Positions 61,504-64,000 of a stretch of 64,000 nucleotides of DNA are shown in pieces. Position numbers and translations under genes: made by a program. The stretch is from Terriglobia bacterium (GTDB lineage Bacteria > Acidobacteriota > Terriglobia > Acidiferrales > UBA7541): NCBI GenBank assembly GCA_041497955.1, contig JBGQHO010000007.1, positions 15,691 through 79,690 on the forward strand, written 5' to 3'. The stretch's first letter is position 1. Each line of letters opens with the position of its first letter. The notes under the pieces were generated by a model, which was not told the origin of the DNA, did not search any database, and was given only the letters and a program-made list of their open reading frames with translations.

Positions 61504-63252
61504 TTAGAAAAAGAAGACGACGTCCCCGCCAAATGTGAATTGGTTTTTCTTGGTGCCGTTGTTGTAGGCCGGGCGATCGTAGGCGCGCTCGAACCTGAGT
61601 TCGGGGCGCAGCAGAACAGTCGTGCCAATCCAGTGTCCCCACATCAGGAGGTGCTCCGTGTACCGCGTCCTGGTGCCGGTCCGCTGGCCTTTCCGATCAT
61701 CGAAGTACTCATTGCGAATCGTGAGGTAGTCCTTCTTCGAGAACTCTTTCTCCACGTAGCTGAGCACCGCCCACTCCGGGGCAAAGCAGGTCCGCTCTGT
61801 GGTGCTATTACAGAAGGCCCCGTTCGCATTCGTCTCCAGCAGAGGTGTTGCCGCGGGATTCCTGACGTTGGGCACATCCTTTTCCCACATGTACCACGCT
61901 TCGGTGGAGAGGTGGATGGAAGGGTGGCTGCGAAACTTGTGGTACCAGGTGAGATAAAAGGAATTCAAGTTGTTGTAAGCATACTTCCCGTCGTTCAGTG
62001 CGTTCAGAACGGGGTAGACGGTATCGTTGCCGTCGTTCCACGTGTACTGAAAGCCGAGATTGAGTGTCAGCTTTGCGTCACGCAGGACCCATGGCGCCAC
62101 GTCGCAGCCCGGCGAGAGTCCCGCTTGAACCAACCAATGGTCATTGAGCTTGGTGGTCACTTCAATGCCGGCTTGCGTGTAGCAGTCAAACGAATACAGG
62201 AGCGAGTGGCTATACGTATAGTTATTCGGCGCCAACTGCGCTTCGATGTCTGGAACGGAAATGTAGCGCCCAATTCGGATGTTCATTCCATCCGCGACTT
62301 GGCCCCAGTACAGGTCCACGTACGCCATCACGGGGTCGTAACCGTACTCCAGGTTTTTTCCCAGCAGCTGATTGCTGAAAAATCCCTTGGCCGTGGTGAA
62401 GCGATAGTCGATGCCATACAAGTTGGCGAAGCGGAACCCCCAATCAAAATGGTCGGTCTGCACCGTGTCCGGCTGGCGCTCGATGTACAGCACCTCCTGG
62501 TCCGGCTGCACTGAGTTGGCGACCGTGTCGTAGGCCTCCGGGAAATTTGTGTACTTGCCGGCGGATTTATTGTTGGAGGTGCTGACGTTGAAGCCGAAAT
62601 TCAACCAGCCGTATATCTGGATCCCGCTCTTTTTCCAGGCGTCCCCGTGCGGACCGCTCCATAGGGCCTGCATCAGCGGGTACGAATTGGTCCACGGCGC
62701 GCCGATATCCACCGAACCCCCGTAGGGCCAATCGGAGAAGGGATACGGCGGCGTGGTCAAGGGCGACGGGAACCCCCGCTTGGCAGGTGCCGCTGCACTC
62801 GAAGCCAATCCTTTCCAGTCATCGCCATAGGCCTTGAACAGCCGCTGGAAGAATCCGCCGGGGCCCGCCTTTGGACTCACCGCAGGGTCGCTGGAAGCAC
62901 CTGCGCTGAGGGTAAGGTCGCTCTGAAGGCTCTGCCCGGCCGCCAATTCGGCGGTCACTGGCAGGCTGATGAATCCTGCTTTGCTTGCCGTCAATTGGTA
63001 GCGCCCCGGCTTCAGGTGTTCCACTCGGAAGACTCCATCCTTGCCACTCAGGACGGTGCGATCGGCTTCTTCGTCCATGCTGTGCACAACAACCTGCACC
63101 TCTGGCAATGGCAGCCCATCCGTGTTCCGCGTAACCCCACGAAGACTGCCGAATGTGGATTGTCCGCAAGCGGGAACAGCAAGCGACGCCGCTACAACCA
63201 GGAGCGCGACGCACAGCGGCAGGACGGCGGTGAGCAACAGTCGGCGAGTCAT
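61504..63252 (-). CDS. Outer-membrane protein: CarboxypepD_reg-like N-terminal domain plus porin-like beta-barrel
   Basis: Signal peptide MTRRLLLTAVLPLCVALLVVAA. Ig-like domain (GVTRNTDGLPLPEVQVVVH...SGKDGVFRVEHLKPGRYQLTASKAGF). Aromatic-rich barrel ending GGDVVFFF. Confidence 0.7.
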   Translation of the reverse strand: MTRRLLLTAVLPLCVALLVVAASLAVPACGQSTFGSLRGVTRNTDGLPLPEVQVVVHSMDEEADRTVLSGKDGVFRVEHLKPGRYQLTASKAGFISLPVTAELAAGQSLQSDLTLSAGASSDPAVSPKAGPGGFFQRLFKAYGDDWKGLASSAAAPAKRGFPSPLTTPPYPFSDWPYGGSVDIGAPWTNSYPLMQALWSGPHGDAWKKSGIQIYGWLNFGFNVSTSNNKSAGKYTNFPEAYDTVANSVQPDQEVLYIERQPDTVQTDHFDWGFRFANLYGIDYRFTTAKGFFSNQLLGKNLEYGYDPVMAYVDLYWGQVADGMNIRIGRYISVPDIEAQLAPNNYTYSHSLLYSFDCYTQAGIEVTTKLNDHWLVQAGLSPGCDVAPWVLRDAKLTLNLGFQYTWNDGNDTVYPVLNALNDGKYAYNNLNSFYLTWYHKFRSHPSIHLSTEAWYMWEKDVPNVRNPAATPLLETNANGAFCNSTTERTCFAPEWAVLSYVEKEFSKKDYLTIRNEYFDDRKGQRTGTRTRYTEHLLMWGHWIGTTVLLRPELRFERAYDRPAYNNGTKKNQFTFGGDVVFFF

Positions 63253-63715
63253 CGGTGAGCTCGATGATAGGGTGCAGGCCATAAAGAAGGCAAGGAACAC
63301 GCTCTTGGGGATTGTCCACACGATTGTTCAACGGCTCAGTCCTTTATTTGCTTGGAGATAGCGGGACCGGCGGGGGTACCCCCCACCCCCTTTTTTCGTA
63401 AGTGAGCATTCCAAGAGAGTTAGACCTTGACCCTAACGCAAGTGTTCATTCCACAGGAGATGCGTGCCCCCCCCCAAGAAAGCCTCCAAATCTCGTTCCG
63501 TGCGCGACGTTCTTCCATTCGGCAGAGAGATATCGTATGTTAACACAGATGTAAACACTTGTCAATAGCCGTTTACTGGGTGAGTATTCGAAAAGACTTT
63601 CGAAAGCTCCAGAGGACGACCCCTCAGGTCTTGCTCTTAGGCAACCCTTCGGCTAGCTCGGGGCAAGCAGGGCAAGCCGGACCCTTCGGTGGCCGCCAGT
63701 GCGGCTGCTCAGGGT

Positions 63716-63761
63716 GAGCACAGCCAGGAGTGGCTGTGCTACGGGTTGCCGCTGGCGCTGG
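63716..63761 (-). repeat. REP-type hairpin repeat, copy 1
   Basis: 46 nt, 44/46 identical to 63881-63926. Core hairpin AGCACAGCC-N6-GGCTGTGCT. Confidence 0.8.
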
Positions 63762-63810
63762 TCGGGACGGGGCTGGCGACGATGGTGTTTGCGCGGTGGC
63801 GACAGAAGGT

Positions 63811-63836
63811 GTAGCGCAGCCACTCCTGGCTGCGCA
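63811..63836 (+). repeat. REP-type hairpin repeat, copy 2 (inverted orientation)
   Basis: GTAGCGCAGCCACTCCTGGCTGCGCA is the same hairpin in opposite orientation. It carries a compensatory pair change (A-T to G-C) relative to copies 1 and 3. Confidence 0.75.
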
Positions 63837-63880
63837 GTTTTCTTTTGCGAACGACAGGAAACAAACCGGAGAAAAGACAA

Positions 63881-63926
63881 GAGCACAGCCAAGAGTGGCT
63901 GTGCTACGGGTTGCCACTGGCGCTGG
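63881..63926 (-). repeat. REP-type hairpin repeat, copy 3 (overlaps the stop codon of the RAYT-like gene)
   Basis: See copy 1. The repeat includes the last 7 codons and the TAG of the partial gene at 63904-64000. Confidence 0.8.
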
Positions 63927-64000
63927 ACCAGGGCCATTCTTGGGGCCGGGTGACGAGGCCTGCGGCCACGGGATTCCGCTCGATATACGCGCGAATGCGC
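63904..64000 (-). CDS. Partial (5'-truncated by window edge) REP-associated tyrosine transposase (RAYT / IS200-like Y1 transposase), C-terminus only
   Basis: The minus-strand frame reads ...RIRAYIERNPVAAGLVTRPQEWPWSSASGNP*. YI..NPV.AGLV..P..WPWSS is the characteristic C-terminal motif of this family. Only 31 codons are visible. Confidence 0.6.
   Translation of the reverse strand, partial: RIRAYIERNPVAAGLVTRPQEWPWSSASGNP

Noticed and set aside
63368-63397. A terminator-like element: GGGGGTACCCCC palindrome followed by CCCCCTTTTTT
   Set aside because: No plus-strand gene ends upstream of it, and the stem is very short with a minimal loop. It is more likely part of the AT/GC-patchy promoter region of the minus-strand porin gene.
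63624-63937. 97-aa and 94-aa minus-strand ORFs with repeated peptides (VAQPLLAVL, STATLGCA)
   Set aside because: The peptide repeats are simply translations of the REP hairpin copies. The real reading frame at the window edge is the third frame, which encodes the RAYT C-terminus.

Overview
High-GC (about 63-65%) bacterial chromosomal window, densely coded and mostly in long co-directional, translationally coupled operons. Gene content gives an Acidobacteriota-like impression (TonB with an ELFEEALLE N-terminus, large BNR/Asp-box proteins, CarboxypepD_reg-porins), but this is inference only. No search tools were run; all family calls rest on motifs read from the ORF translations. Four blocks stand out. 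(1) About 8.5-34.5 kb is a heme/cytochrome island. It holds a Rieske/cytochrome b complex with a monoheme and a nonaheme cytochrome c, a 3-TM NapC/NirT-type multiheme protein (ImcH-like) and a 13-heme cytochrome fused to a membrane cytochrome b domain (CbcL-like). It also holds HemN, a GltD-like oxidoreductase, System II cytochrome c maturation (ResB/CcsA), a decaheme MtrA/DmsE-like cytochrome with a large MtrB/PioB-like outer-membrane barrel, a globin-coupled histidine kinase with its receiver, a HAMP kinase with a sigma-54 activator, and HemA. I count 38 canonical CxxCH motifs plus one CX3CH between 12.2 and 24.8 kb. (2) A roughly 1-kb gene-free gap (34479-35514) carries several long, perfect, non-overlapping inverted repeats and is a candidate large structured RNA that I could not assign to any known class. 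(3) About 36.8-44.9 kb encodes anaerobic-type 2-oxoacid metabolism: a single-chain PFOR, a tandem USP and a delta/alpha/beta-gamma-fused OFOR, next to a hemerythrin-like gene. (4) About 45.3-57.1 kb is a lipid operon combining two acyl-activating enzymes, a discrete ACP, a crotonase, two thioester/fatty-acyl reductases, a PlsC-type acyltransferase, a DAG-kinase-like lipid kinase, a pyruvyl-transferase-like protein and a divergent CDP-alcohol phosphatidyltransferase. This resembles a split version of the myxobacterial ElbD ether-lipid enzyme. The window ends with LeuB, a LeuA-like gene, a LysR regulator, envelope proteins, and a REP hairpin cluster abutting the 3' end of a RAYT-type (IS200-like) transposase gene cut by the window edge. 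No CRISPR array, prophage, rRNA or recognisable defence system was seen.
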